DNA of 63,022 nucleotides, the filler included, from Coriobacteriales bacterium (GTDB taxonomy: Bacteria > Actinomycetota > Coriobacteriia > Coriobacteriales > UBA8131): assembly GCA_031263105.1 (NCBI GenBank). It is 4 parts of 4 records of this genome, joined end to end, with 100 filler letters (N's around TTAATTAATTAA, not from the genome) between each part and the next. Parts side by side here need not be neighbours in the genome. Positions count along the whole stretch, not along the records: positions 26,957 to 53,245 come from JAISGJ010000065.1; 3 more parts are not named here. One strand, written 5' to 3'. Shown in pieces: positions 38,752-48,735 of this stretch (position 1 is the stretch's first letter; each line of letters opens with the position of its first letter). A model generated the notes under the pieces. It was not told where the DNA came from and did no database searches. It saw nothing but the letters and a program-made list of their open reading frames with translations. Made by a program: the position numbers and the translations under genes.

Positions 38752-39222
38752 TCAGCTCAGGCTCATCATCAGAACGGTCAGCGCAAGACAGATGGCGATG
38801 AACGCGATCAGCACCGCGTAGACGAGCTTTTTGCTGTCGAAGAAGCGTTCCGCACGTGAGTAGGGACGGATGACACGGCCTTCGTTGTCGATGACGTTCC
38901 CGTCGACGACCGTGATCTTGAGGGCCTCCTTGCGCTTGAGCCTTGCCTCCCTCTTGGCCTCCTCGGCGGCTTTCTCCGCTGCCTGTGCCGCAGCCCTTTT
39001 GGCCTTCTTGTTTTCATGCTTGGCCTTGTTGAGGGCCTTTTTCGCGTCCTTCCTGTCCTCGGAGGTGAGGTACAGCGGCTGTGCGCTGTCCTGTGGCGGC
39101 TGCGGCGGCGCGGGCGGCTGCGGGCCGCCCTGCGGCTGCAGGTCGCTGCCCGGGCCGTCTTGCGGCGACATGCCGCCCTGCGGTGCGTCCTGCGGCGGCC
39201 GTACGCCGCCCGGCAGGCTCAC
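38752..39222 (-). CDS. Small membrane-anchored protein, last gene of the molybdoenzyme operon
   Basis: GTGA overlap with the nrfD-like stop; Pro/Gln-rich start, basic coiled coil, C-terminal TM. Confidence 0.65.
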   Translation of the reverse strand: MSLPGGVRPPQDAPQGGMSPQDGPGSDLQPQGGPQPPAPPQPPQDSAQPLYLTSEDRKDAKKALNKAKHENKKAKRAAAQAAEKAAEEAKREARLKRKEALKITVVDGNVIDNEGRVIRPYSRAERFFDSKKLVYAVLIAFIAICLALTVLMMSLS

Positions 39223-40247
39223 TCCCACTTCCAGGCGGTGAGGTACGCCTCGTCGCCTTTGGGGACACGGGCCCAGTAGCGCTCCTCGCCGGGGATGACA
39301 CGGCGTGCGTCCGAATAGACGATGAGGAAGCGCAGGAGGAGCCCCGTCGCCAGCACGAGGACAGGCGCGACCGCCTCAGCCATGAGGCCGCCGGTCAGGT
39401 ACGAGCAGAACGGCACGAACAGGCCCACGACTATCATGCCTCCCCAGAACGGCAGGGCGAACGGGCCGCGCAGCCACTTCGTCGCGACCGCACGCGCGGT
39501 CACGTCTCCGGCACCGTACATCATGAGCACGTAGACGACGAGCACGACGATCTCGGTGATGACGAGCACCGCATCGATGCTGTGCAGGTTCTCGACGATG
39601 ACCTCGGTCACCGCGTGGGCCTCGACGGGCGCGAACGCGAAGGCGGTCGCCGGCCACATCCCCGCCGTGAGCGCGATGAGCGCCGTCGCCGTCGAGAGCG
39701 CCGAGACCGTGAACAGCACCGGCAGGGCCGGGGTGTTCCAGAACGGCTTGGACTTCATGCTCGAGAGCAGCACGCCCGTGTAGATCATCACGCTCGCCCC
39801 GAAGAGCATCATGCAGAAGCAGCAGATGTCGCGCAGCCATGTCCAGCTGTAGTAGAACAGGTTCCACTCGGGCGGCAGAAAGAACAGGAAGTAGACGAAG
39901 CCGAAGCCCATCGCGAGAATAAGCAGGCAGGCCCCGTACTTGATGATGGCCGTGCGGGAGAGGAAGACGCGCAGGAACACCTTGGGCTGCCCCAGCTCGA
40001 AGATGAGCAGGAACGACCCTATCCCTAAAAAGGCAACGGCAGCGAAGACGGCAAGGGCGAAGACGGCACCGACCTCCGGCAAGGGGCCGGAGGACACGCC
40101 TTCCACCTCCACCCCTCTCCTGAACACGAAGTCGAGGACCCCAGCGACGGTAAGGGTGCCGCCCCCGAGGCCGCCGAGGAAGAGGTACCAGGCGATGGGC
40201 CAGACCCAGTAATGCTTGGTGAGCTTGTTGTTGTTGACGTGGCTCAT
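39219..40247 (-). CDS. NrfD/PsrC-family membrane anchor
   Basis: W.WPIAWYLFLGGLGGG, ELGQP, YTGVLL..PFWNTP and LLLRF; about 8 TM. Confidence 0.92.
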   Translation of the reverse strand: MSHVNNNKLTKHYWVWPIAWYLFLGGLGGGTLTVAGVLDFVFRRGVEVEGVSSGPLPEVGAVFALAVFAAVAFLGIGSFLLIFELGQPKVFLRVFLSRTAIIKYGACLLILAMGFGFVYFLFFLPPEWNLFYYSWTWLRDICCFCMMLFGASVMIYTGVLLSSMKSKPFWNTPALPVLFTVSALSTATALIALTAGMWPATAFAFAPVEAHAVTEVIVENLHSIDAVLVITEIVVLVVYVLMMYGAGDVTARAVATKWLRGPFALPFWGGMIVVGLFVPFCSYLTGGLMAEAVAPVLVLATGLLLRFLIVYSDARRVIPGEERYWARVPKGDEAYLTAWKWE

Positions 40248-40804
40248 TTGCGACCTCCCAGGTCGGGGATGTAGAAGACGTGAGGCGAGGTGTTCAGCTC
40301 AGGGAAGATACGCTCGGCCTTCAGGCTGTTGAGCAGCTGGGAGACCTCGCTTTGCGGGTCGTCAAGGTCGCCGAAGATACGTGCCTTCTGATGGCAGGTC
40401 TGCACACAGTAGGGCTGGTCGCCCTCGCGCACGCGGTCCTTGCAGAACGTGCACTTGCGCACGAAGCCCTCCTTGTGGTTCACGTCGCGCGCACCGTAAG
40501 GGCAGGAGTTCACACAGACCTTGCAGCCCATGCACTTGGTCTCGTCGACCCAGACGATGCCGTCCGGCTCCTGCTGCGACGCGTTGCAGGGGCAGCAGAT
40601 GGTGCAGGGCGGGTTGTCGCAGTGCATGCAGATGAGCGGGGTGAAGGTCTGATGGACGTTGGGGTATATGCCTTGGACGCCCTCGGTCACAACGGGATTG
40701 TAGATGATGTCGAGAGGCAGCTCGTTCCAGGTCCGGCAGGCGACCGTGCAGCTTTGGCAGCCGATGCAGCGGCGCTGGTCCATGATCATGGCGTAGCGGG
40801 TCAT
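40244..40804 (-). CDS. 4Fe-4S dicluster subunit (NrfC/DmsB-like)
   Basis: CIGCQSC, CMHCDNPPC, CMGCKVC and KCTFC..C. Confidence 0.95.
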   Translation of the reverse strand: MTRYAMIMDQRRCIGCQSCTVACRTWNELPLDIIYNPVVTEGVQGIYPNVHQTFTPLICMHCDNPPCTICCPCNASQQEPDGIVWVDETKCMGCKVCVNSCPYGARDVNHKEGFVRKCTFCKDRVREGDQPYCVQTCHQKARIFGDLDDPQSEVSQLLNSLKAERIFPELNTSPHVFYIPDLGGRK

Positions 40805-40806
40805 GT

Positions 40807-43554
40807 TCACTCCCCTCCTTCGCTGCCGGTGGGCGGCTCGGCGGCGATCGTGCCGGCCCGCCATCCCGTGGCGGCGGGTGCCTCCTCGGCGGCGGCGGAC
40901 CCGACCTCCTCCACAGGCGCGACCTCGACGGCAGCCTCGGCGACGCTGCCCACAGGCGCCTCGGCGGCGATGGTTCCCATCTCGTCGCCTATCGGCTGCT
41001 TGGTGGTCATGTCAAAGCGCCGGCCGGTCGCCTCGTCGAGCAGGGTCTCGGTGCTGGCGTCGTAGGCGTACTTTGTCTCGAGGTCGTAGTAGACCATGGT
41101 CTCGGGATGATACAGCCAGCCGGACTCGGGGTCCCAGGCAAGCCCCAGCTCGAGCTCCCAGGCCAGGTTGGTCGCCGCATCCCAAGTCAGCCCTTCCGGC
41201 AGCTCGAAGGGTGCGCCCGGAGGCTCATAGGGGATGGGCTCGTAGGCGAGCTTCTGCTGCGAGGGCGGCACGGTCACGCCCGGCTCGGAGGAGGAGCCCG
41301 GTATCGAGAACTGCGTGTCCACGTCCTCGTCCCCATGCCTCACCTTGTAGACGCGGCACAACAGGCCTCGGTTCGCCCAGCTCCCTCCTATGGGGTCGCA
41401 GTGCTCGTCGTCGACGGAGGAGAGCACGTTGACGTTGGAGACGAGGCAGCCGTAGGGCTCTGCGCCCTCGGGGCCGCGCTCGGGATACCACCACCCGCGC
41501 TGCGCGAAGATGACCTGCGGATGCACGCTCGGCTCCACGTTTGCGCGCTGCTTGATGCGGCCACGCCGCGTCTCTATCCAGCACCAGTCGCCCTCGTCGA
41601 TGCGCAGCTCGGCGGCCTTCTCGGGGTTGATGGTGAAGAAGGGGTCGGAGCGCAGGAAGCGCACCGGGGTCATGTTGAAATGCTCCGAGTGGTGGTACGG
41701 CATGAAGCCCCCGCCCGTGGTGAGCACCAGCGGGTACTCGCGCGCGACCTCGGGGTCGTCGATCTCGTTCTCCGCAGGGCCGACGTAGGTGGGCAGCGCG
41801 GGGTATCCCAGGCGCTCGAGGATGGAGCTCTTGAGCTCGACGCGGCCCGAGGGGGTGGCAAATCCGTTGGCACCGTATTTGAAGTAGTGCAACGGCGGGT
41901 AATAGAAGCGGTAGGTCTCGACGAACTCGTCATAGCTCGAGACCGGCAGCCCCAGCGGGTAGAGGACGTAGTAGAAGACCTCCTCCTCGTTCTGCCACGG
42001 CCACTGCTCGGGGTCCTGGCCGGTGGCAAGCGCGAGGTCGCGCCAGAACGTGTAGTCGGTATGGCGCTCATACAAAGGCTGGATGGCCCGCTGGGAGCCG
42101 AGCAGCGAGTCGGTCACGCCGTAGTTGGTGTGCAGCGTCGGACGCTCAAGGGCACCGGCGATGGGCATGACGTAGTCGCTGTACAGCGCGGCAGAGGTCA
42201 TGAAGTACTCGCAGGTGACGAGGAACTCCACCTGTTTGAGCGCCTCGAGCGTCATCTTGGAGTCGCCGTAGGAGTTCACAGGATTGGTCGCCGAGACGAT
42301 GAGCGCGCGCACCTGGTAGGGGTCGCCGGTGAGGATGGCCTTGAACACGCTCGGGCCGTGCGCCTCGCACATCCACTCCGCCGTGGGCGCCTTGCCCCAC
42401 TTCTCCTTGGCGGTGTCCGAGATGATCTGATAGCCGGGCCATGAGGTGAGCTTGAACTTGTCCGATCCTATCTGCTTGGCCTTCTGCTCCTCGGGCAGCC
42501 AGTCGTTGGCCTCCAGCTCCTCGTCGCAGAGGAAGGTCATGGACGGCCCGGGCATGAGGTCGCCGCCCGGACAGTCGAGGTTGCCCGTGATGGCGCGCAT
42601 GATGGCACGCACGTGCATGCCGACGCCCGAGGCCTTGCCGAGCTGGTCGGCCGTGCAGCCCCACTGGATGTTGCCCGGCTTGTTGCCGGCGTACATGCGG
42701 GCGGCATTGCGGATAAGCTCGGCATCGACCCAGGTTATCTCCGACGCCCACTCAGGCGTGTACTCGGACATATGCTCCCACAGCTCCTCGAAGCCGGTGC
42801 ACCAGTTGTTGACGAAATCCTGGTCGTAGAGCATCTCGTACATGATGGTCTGGAGCATCGCGAGCGCGAGCGCCGTGTCCGAGCCGGGACGCAAGGGCAA
42901 CCAGATGTCGGCGTGCGCCGCGGTCTCGGAATAGCGGGGATCGACCACGATGATCTTCAGGCCCGCCTTCTGCAGGTCGTAATAGCCGTGCATGCCGGGC
43001 ATGGAGGCAGCGCCCGGATTGACGCCCCACAGGATGAGGACCTTGCTTGCCCCGAGGTCGGTCTCGAAAGGGCTCCAGCCGCTGACGGCCGTCTCCACCA
43101 TGAAGGTGGGTATCCAGCACAGCAGCGCGTTGTGGAAGGAGTTGGGGCTGCCGAACAGGTTCATGAAGCGCCGCCGCGACCAGTCCTCGGTCCTCAACGT
43201 GCCGCCCGCCGTCGCGACCGCCTCGGCCCCGCTCTCCTCTTTTATCTGGTTGAGGCGCTCGGCGATCTCCGCTATCGCCTGGTCCCACGGGATCCGCTCC
43301 CATTCGTTTGCGCCCTTCGCGCCCGTGCGTTTGAGCGGATGGTTGATGCGTGCAGGGTGACGCAGGTGGAGAAGTGCGATGTTGCCCCGGCAACACAGCC
43401 CTCCCGTGTTGGTGGGATGGCTGGGGTCGCCCTCGATCTTGAGGACCTCTCCATCCTTGACATAGGCAAGAACGCCGCAGTTCTGATGGCAGAAGTAGCA
43501 GGCTGACTTCTTGACCTCGACCCCAGGAGCGTGGATGTCCACTGTTTCGGTCAC
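40807..43554 (-). CDS. Bis-MGD molybdo/tungsto-enzyme, acetylene hydratase/catechol dehydroxylase-like
   Basis: CYFCHQNC..C 4Fe-4S motif; RRFMNLFGSPN..LLC with probable Cys ligand; GFATPSGRVEL; no Tat signal. Confidence 0.88.
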   Translation of the reverse strand: MTETVDIHAPGVEVKKSACYFCHQNCGVLAYVKDGEVLKIEGDPSHPTNTGGLCCRGNIALLHLRHPARINHPLKRTGAKGANEWERIPWDQAIAEIAERLNQIKEESGAEAVATAGGTLRTEDWSRRRFMNLFGSPNSFHNALLCWIPTFMVETAVSGWSPFETDLGASKVLILWGVNPGAASMPGMHGYYDLQKAGLKIIVVDPRYSETAAHADIWLPLRPGSDTALALAMLQTIMYEMLYDQDFVNNWCTGFEELWEHMSEYTPEWASEITWVDAELIRNAARMYAGNKPGNIQWGCTADQLGKASGVGMHVRAIMRAITGNLDCPGGDLMPGPSMTFLCDEELEANDWLPEEQKAKQIGSDKFKLTSWPGYQIISDTAKEKWGKAPTAEWMCEAHGPSVFKAILTGDPYQVRALIVSATNPVNSYGDSKMTLEALKQVEFLVTCEYFMTSAALYSDYVMPIAGALERPTLHTNYGVTDSLLGSQRAIQPLYERHTDYTFWRDLALATGQDPEQWPWQNEEEVFYYVLYPLGLPVSSYDEFVETYRFYYPPLHYFKYGANGFATPSGRVELKSSILERLGYPALPTYVGPAENEIDDPEVAREYPLVLTTGGGFMPYHHSEHFNMTPVRFLRSDPFFTINPEKAAELRIDEGDWCWIETRRGRIKQRANVEPSVHPQVIFAQRGWWYPERGPEGAEPYGCLVSNVNVLSSVDDEHCDPIGGSWANRGLLCRVYKVRHGDEDVDTQFSIPGSSSEPGVTVPPSQQKLAYEPIPYEPPGAPFELPEGLTWDAATNLAWELELGLAWDPESGWLYHPETMVYYDLETKYAYDASTETLLDEATGRRFDMTTKQPIGDEMGTIAAEAPVGSVAEAAVEVAPVEEVGSAAAEEAPAATGWRAGTIAAEPPTGSEGGE

Positions 43555-43884
43555 GTTCCCCTTCTTTCTCTCCTTCGACGCCGCGCACAGGCGATGCGTC
43601 ACTCCTATGATGCCTGTCACCGCCGAAGCCTCGACGGTGTCCTCACGGCCTTCACAGCACTCTTTCGCAACAGTAAGAATAGCAAAAGCGCAACGGACGA
43701 CATTGTCTGAAAAAGCTGATTAGGGCGAATGGTGTAATACGGGGATAATGATTTTGCGCAAAACCCGGCATATCCTTGAGGGATGCGAGAGGGAAGGTGC
43801 GGCGGACGGTGGGTGCAGAAGGGTGAACGGCGAGGCGCGGTGCAAGGGCGGGCGGGGCGATGCGGCGGACTTCCGGCAAGCGCC

Positions 43885-44706
43885 TCAGCCGAGCGTCAGG
43901 CGAAGGCCGTCGAAGGCGAGCCCGATGTCACCGCCATATGGCCCGAGCTTCTCCTCAAGCTCTGCACGGGTTATCGGCTCGTCGTAGTGCATCGTCAGAT
44001 GGGTGAGGTACGTATGGCGCACACCGAGCCCGTGCGCCAGGGCGATGGCCTCGTCTATCGTGTGGTGCGAGGAGGGCATCCAGTTCCTCCCGTTGAAGGT
44101 CGCGTCGATGATGAGGACGTCGAGGCCGTCGAGGCGTTCCCTCGTCTGTGGGGGGAGCGGCCCCGTGTCGGGGAAGTACGCGACCTTTTGCGCAGTCTCG
44201 ATGAGGAAGCCGAAGGCGCCCTCGCTGTGGGCTGCGGGCAACGGCGTGTAGACGACGCCGTCGAACTCCACCGTTGCGAATGCCTCCAAGAGGTGCGGCT
44301 CGAGCACGTCCGACATGAAGCCGAAGCACCTCTCGACGGCCGCAAGGGTCTGCGCCCCCGCATACAGGGGGAGCGGAGGCCGAGGGCCGAGGCGCACGAG
44401 GAACTCGAGCTGTGGGATGCCGCCGATATGGTCAAAGTGCTCATGGGTGAGGAGGAGCCGGTCGATATGCCCGACGCGCTCCCGTATGAGCTGCGTGCGG
44501 AGCTCGGGGGCGGCATCGATGAGCGTATGCTGCGCACCTACGACGAGCAGATCCGAGCAGTCGCGCGCCGCCCGTGGGTCGTCCCGCGCCTCCTCGCAGG
44601 CCTTGCAGCCACAATAGAAGCTCGGCACCCCGCACGAGGCGCCCGTGCCCAAAAAGACCAGGCTGTGCCCCGCTGTGTGCCCCGCTGTGTGCTCTGCTCC
44701 GCTCAT
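43885..44706 (-). CDS. PhnP-like metallo-beta-lactamase-fold hydrolase
   Basis: LGTGASCGVP..CGC..C and THEHFDHIGG. Confidence 0.9.
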   Translation of the reverse strand: MSGAEHTAGHTAGHSLVFLGTGASCGVPSFYCGCKACEEARDDPRAARDCSDLLVVGAQHTLIDAAPELRTQLIRERVGHIDRLLLTHEHFDHIGGIPQLEFLVRLGPRPPLPLYAGAQTLAAVERCFGFMSDVLEPHLLEAFATVEFDGVVYTPLPAAHSEGAFGFLIETAQKVAYFPDTGPLPPQTRERLDGLDVLIIDATFNGRNWMPSSHHTIDEAIALAHGLGVRHTYLTHLTMHYDEPITRAELEEKLGPYGGDIGLAFDGLRLTLG

Positions 44707-44777
44707 GCCCTCAGTCTACCACTCGACGGGAGGCCCGAGAGCGACAAGAGGGCAGGAAGCGGAGCAGGGGTGCTTCT

Positions 44778-45902
44778 CTAATACCCGATCTCCTCCTCGC
44801 TTATCCTGCCACGGAAGGTGCGATAGATGACGACGTGGTAGAACAGCACGATGGGGAGGGCGATACAGGTGATGATGGTCATGGCCGTCAGGCAGAGCTC
44901 CGAGTTGGCCGCATTGAACACCGTGATGGAGTTGGCCGCGATGTCGGCCCCCGGCACGAGGAAGTACGTGACGGCGCCGACAGGGTTGTCTGCCGCAGGG
45001 ATGAGGTTGGGGAACAGCGATGCCGCCGTTATCCCTATCAGGCCGACCGGCAGAAGGCTGGTGGCGAGGAAGCTCAACAGGTCGTTGCCCTTGTTCATGA
45101 ACAGACGGGCGAGCAGCCAACCCACGACGACGATCGCAGCGAAGACGACGGCGACGGGCAGACCGATGCGCTCCGGGCCGAAGCCAGGAAGGACCGCGAG
45201 GAAGAAGAACGCCGAGACCAGCACGAACGCCACGATGCAGGCGATGTTGAGCACCGAGCGCAGCTTGACGGCACGCTGGCGCAGCGGGCTGTTGACGGGC
45301 GCCTTGAGGGCGATCCATGAGGCGCCCTGGGTGAGGAACACCACGAGGCCCATGACCGCACAGAGCAGCGCGAAGGGGTTGAGCAGGGAGAAGAAGCCTC
45401 CGACGTAGTCGCCTGCCACAAGGCCTTTGGCGAGAAGATCGGTATCGGCGGCACCGACCAGCGCCACGCCACCGATGATGTTGCCGATGGCGGCACCGAA
45501 GAGCAGCGCGGGCAGGAAGCTGCCGACACAGAAGGCCACATCCCAGAACTTCGCCCATTTGGGGTCGCGGTCACGGTACTCGATGGATATGGCACGGAAG
45601 ATAAGGCCGAACAGCACCAGCATGATCGCGAGATAGAAGCCCGAGAAGCTTGTAGCGTAGGCAGGCGCAAAGGCCGCAAAGAGCGCACCGCCCGCCGTGA
45701 GGAGCCACACCTCGTTGCCGTCCCACAGAGGGCCGATGGCACGACGCACGAGCGCCTTCTCCTTCTCCCCTTTTGCGACCAAGGGGTACAGCACGCCCGC
45801 ACCCAGGTCGAATCCGTCGAGGATGAAATAGCCAAGCATAAGAACAGCGATCAACAGGAACCAAAGGACGGCCAGAACCTCGTGTACCGGTGTCATGCTC
45901 AC
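44778..45902 (-). CDS. cydB: Cytochrome bd oxidase subunit II
   Basis: LDGFDLG and PLWDGNEVWL. Confidence 0.96.
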   Translation of the reverse strand: MSMTPVHEVLAVLWFLLIAVLMLGYFILDGFDLGAGVLYPLVAKGEKEKALVRRAIGPLWDGNEVWLLTAGGALFAAFAPAYATSFSGFYLAIMLVLFGLIFRAISIEYRDRDPKWAKFWDVAFCVGSFLPALLFGAAIGNIIGGVALVGAADTDLLAKGLVAGDYVGGFFSLLNPFALLCAVMGLVVFLTQGASWIALKAPVNSPLRQRAVKLRSVLNIACIVAFVLVSAFFFLAVLPGFGPERIGLPVAVVFAAIVVVGWLLARLFMNKGNDLLSFLATSLLPVGLIGITAASLFPNLIPAADNPVGAVTYFLVPGADIAANSITVFNAANSELCLTAMTIITCIALPIVLFYHVVIYRTFRGRISEEEIGY

Positions 45903-47377
45903 TCACCACCTTTCGAGGCAGCAACGGCCTTTGAGGCGACGGCCCTCTCGGAGGCGTCGTCTTCCAAGGCGGCGCCTTGCGGCGTAACGGAACCTGCGGA
46001 AGCCTCGTCGGTCTGCGGGCCCTTCTTGATCTGGCCGAGCACCAGGCGCAGCCATGCAATGAAGAGCACGAGATAGAAGGCGACGAACAAGACGATGGTG
46101 ATGAGGAGCTCAGGGGCGCTTACGACCGGGGAGACCGCATCGCTCGTGCTCAGGAGGTTGTAGACGACCCACGGCTGACGACCGACCTCGGCGACCATCC
46201 AGCCTGCCTGGATGCAGAGGAAGGGCACGAGCGGGCCGAAGACCAACAGGTAGAGCACGGCCTTGCGGGGCGCCTTGCCCCTGTTGGCGGCCCTGAGCGT
46301 GAAGCCTGCTATGAGCAGCCAGACGATGAGCAGCGCATAGAACGCGACCATGAGGTGATACGCCTGGAAGGTGAGGTTGACAGGCGGGTTGCCCCCCTGA
46401 TAGCTCTCGGCCTTGACGCCCGGATACGCACCGAAGTCGGCCACCTCGTCGGTCGTCGTGTTGAGGCCGGGATAGACCGTCTCGGTGTCAAAGGACGCAA
46501 GAAGGCTGGTGAAGCCGGGGATCGCAGGGCCGACCGTGGTCTGGGAGTCCTCGTCCACCCAACCGAAGAAGGTGAAGGGAACAGGCCCGTCGTCCCACTG
46601 CCCTTCCATCGCCGCAAGCTTTGCCGGCTGCTGCTCGGCGACGACGCTCGCCTGCATGTGCGCAAACGGGAGCATGAGGACGACCGTGACGATGCCGACG
46701 ACGAGGCCGGTCTTGAGGAACTTCTTGGCGGAATCGACGTGCCTGTTGCGCAGCAGGTAATAGGCGCCTACCGCCATGACACAGAACGCCCCGAGGATGA
46801 TGACCGAATCGACCGTATGCAGGTAACGGGCAAGCGTGGAGGGGTTGAGTGCGGCACCCCAGAAATCGGTTATCTCCGCCTTGGTGCCAAGGTCCTTGAA
46901 GCCGGCCGGGGTCTGCATCCAAGAGTTGGCGATGAGTATCCACAGCGCCGAGAGCGCCGAGCCGACCCACACGAGCCAGGTGGACACCAGATATAGCTTG
47001 GGGGATATCTTCTCACGCGCGAACAGCACTATCCCCAGGAACACCGACTCGAGGAAGAAGGCGAGCAGCGCCTCGGCAGCAAGGGGGGCACCGAAGATGT
47101 CGCCGACATAGCGCGAGTAGTTCGCCCAGTTGGTGCCGAAGCTGAACTCCATGGTGATTCCTGTGGCAACGCCGATGATGAAGGTCGTGGTGAATATCTT
47201 CGCCCAAAACTTCGTCGCCGCCTTGTCCTTGGGATCCTTGCTCCGATAGTACCGCGTCTCGGCCAAGGCAACGAAGAGGCCAAGACCGATGGACAGGGGA
47301 ACAAAGAGGAAATGGAAGATGATGCAGATGGCGAACTGGAGACGCGCCAATGCCACTACATCGGTGAACAGCTCCAT
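45899..47377 (-). CDS. cydA: Cytochrome bd oxidase subunit I
   Basis: FHFLFVP, GVATGI.MEF.FGTNW, ANSWMQTP, KLAAMEG and EVGRQPW. Confidence 0.97.
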   Translation of the reverse strand: MELFTDVVALARLQFAICIIFHFLFVPLSIGLGLFVALAETRYYRSKDPKDKAATKFWAKIFTTTFIIGVATGITMEFSFGTNWANYSRYVGDIFGAPLAAEALLAFFLESVFLGIVLFAREKISPKLYLVSTWLVWVGSALSALWILIANSWMQTPAGFKDLGTKAEITDFWGAALNPSTLARYLHTVDSVIILGAFCVMAVGAYYLLRNRHVDSAKKFLKTGLVVGIVTVVLMLPFAHMQASVVAEQQPAKLAAMEGQWDDGPVPFTFFGWVDEDSQTTVGPAIPGFTSLLASFDTETVYPGLNTTTDEVADFGAYPGVKAESYQGGNPPVNLTFQAYHLMVAFYALLIVWLLIAGFTLRAANRGKAPRKAVLYLLVFGPLVPFLCIQAGWMVAEVGRQPWVVYNLLSTSDAVSPVVSAPELLITIVLFVAFYLVLFIAWLRLVLGQIKKGPQTDEASAGSVTPQGAALEDDASERAVASKAVAASKGGE

Positions 47378-47592
47378 AGTCCCCTCCTTTCTGTCGCGCC
47401 AACTACCCGTTGGCAATGTGCCGCGCAAACAACAGACGGTTTTCCATATGTTACCCATTAAGTAACATTTGAAACCGTTGCCAGTATACTCCCCCTTATT
47501 GGACGAAGTAAAGACCTGAATTTCAATTTTCGCATATTTCTTTCAAAGATGGTACGCCCGCATGCGTCAGGGCAGAACGGGGCAGGCAGGGC

Positions 47593-47775
47593 GTTACAGT
47601 TCACACCCCCACTGTCATTCCGAGCTCCGCCGAGGAATCTTTGGACACGCAGTGTCCAACGGCAGGTCGGGGGGCCCTTCGGCCTACGGTCGACCGCTGG
47701 CGCGGTCGAAGATCCCTCGGCAGGCGCGGGATGACCGGGGGGGCCCGGGATGGCGGTGGGGGTGTGACGTGTAAC
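47593..47775. mobile_element. GTTAC/GTAAC MITE without a recognisable TSD
   Basis: Same termini and core as the 19036 copy; degenerate right end. Confidence 0.82.
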
Positions 47776-47984
47776 CCGGTCGGCGCTCTTTTCCGCCCTG
47801 CAAAGCAGCTCGCGTTGACCAATGCGGCCCCTGCGGCAGTTTGTCAAGGACTTCTTAACCGCGGGGCAAAAATCTTTTCAACGCAAGGGGTGGGCTTGGC
47901 CAGCTACCAGCGGATTCGCTTCGTTTCAAAATGCGCTTGCCTATGGTAAAGTATCATAAAGACAGTTGCAGAGGACATTTGACG

Positions 47985-48386
47985 ATGGACGCACAGGAAA
48001 AATACGATTATTGGCTCGACATAGCGCAGTACGACCTTGAGACCGCAAGCGCGATGTTCGACAGCGGGCGGTGGCTCTATGTCGTGTTCATGTGCGAACA
48101 GGCGGTAGAAAAACTCGTCAAGGGATTGTATGTGCTATACATTGATGACAACATCCCCCGTGTCCATGTCATCCGCCAGGTCATAAAAAAGTATGACGGC
48201 AAACTGCCCGCTCCCGTGAACGAAGGCCGTTACAGGTTTTTCGACAAACTCTCGGCGTTTTACCTTGAGGGCCGGTATGCGGATTACAAGCAAAAGTTGA
48301 GTGCACTTGTCGACAAGCAGGAGGCCGAAAACGTGTTGGAGCAAACGAGGGAGGTGTTCGCATGGCTGTTGACCTTGAAACCGTGA
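47985..48386 (+). CDS. HEPN-domain protein
   Basis: W...A..DL..A, F.CEQAVEK.VKG, H and Y..GRY pattern. Confidence 0.87.
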   Translation: MDAQEKYDYWLDIAQYDLETASAMFDSGRWLYVVFMCEQAVEKLVKGLYVLYIDDNIPRVHVIRQVIKKYDGKLPAPVNEGRYRFFDKLSAFYLEGRYADYKQKLSALVDKQEAENVLEQTREVFAWLLTLKP

Positions 48387-48679
48387 ACTCAGTCGTAAGG
48401 AATTACGCCGACGACGTGCGGCGCGTCATGCCCGTTGACAGGGCTGTGCTTTACGGCTCCTACGCCAAGGGCAGCGCGACGGAACACAGCGATGTCGACA
48501 TCTGCTTCTTCCTCGGGAGTTTCGACGGAAAGCGCAGGGTGGACGTCATCGCAGAACTTCTCGGATTGACCGACAAATATTCCGATGTGTTCATCGAGCC
48601 GATAGCATTCCCTGTCTCTGAGCTGCAAAACGACAATCCTTTCGTAAAAGAAATAGTGCGAACGGGCAGGGAAATCTAA
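48362..48679 (+). CDS. Minimal nucleotidyltransferase (MNT)
   Basis: LYGSYAKG....SDVDI; overlaps the HEPN gene. Confidence 0.9.
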   Translation: MAVDLETVNSVVRNYADDVRRVMPVDRAVLYGSYAKGSATEHSDVDICFFLGSFDGKRRVDVIAELLGLTDKYSDVFIEPIAFPVSELQNDNPFVKEIVRTGREI

Positions 48680-48735
48680 CGCACGTATATCTGCGTCCTG
48701 CCCTGTGCTAGATTGTATATACGTTAATGATAGAC

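Noticed and set aside
47593..47775. Additional support for the fixed-distance promoter rule
   Set aside because: No TSD and no -10 at the expected offset; likewise for the 25993 and 52996 copies. They are not counted and are potential exceptions.
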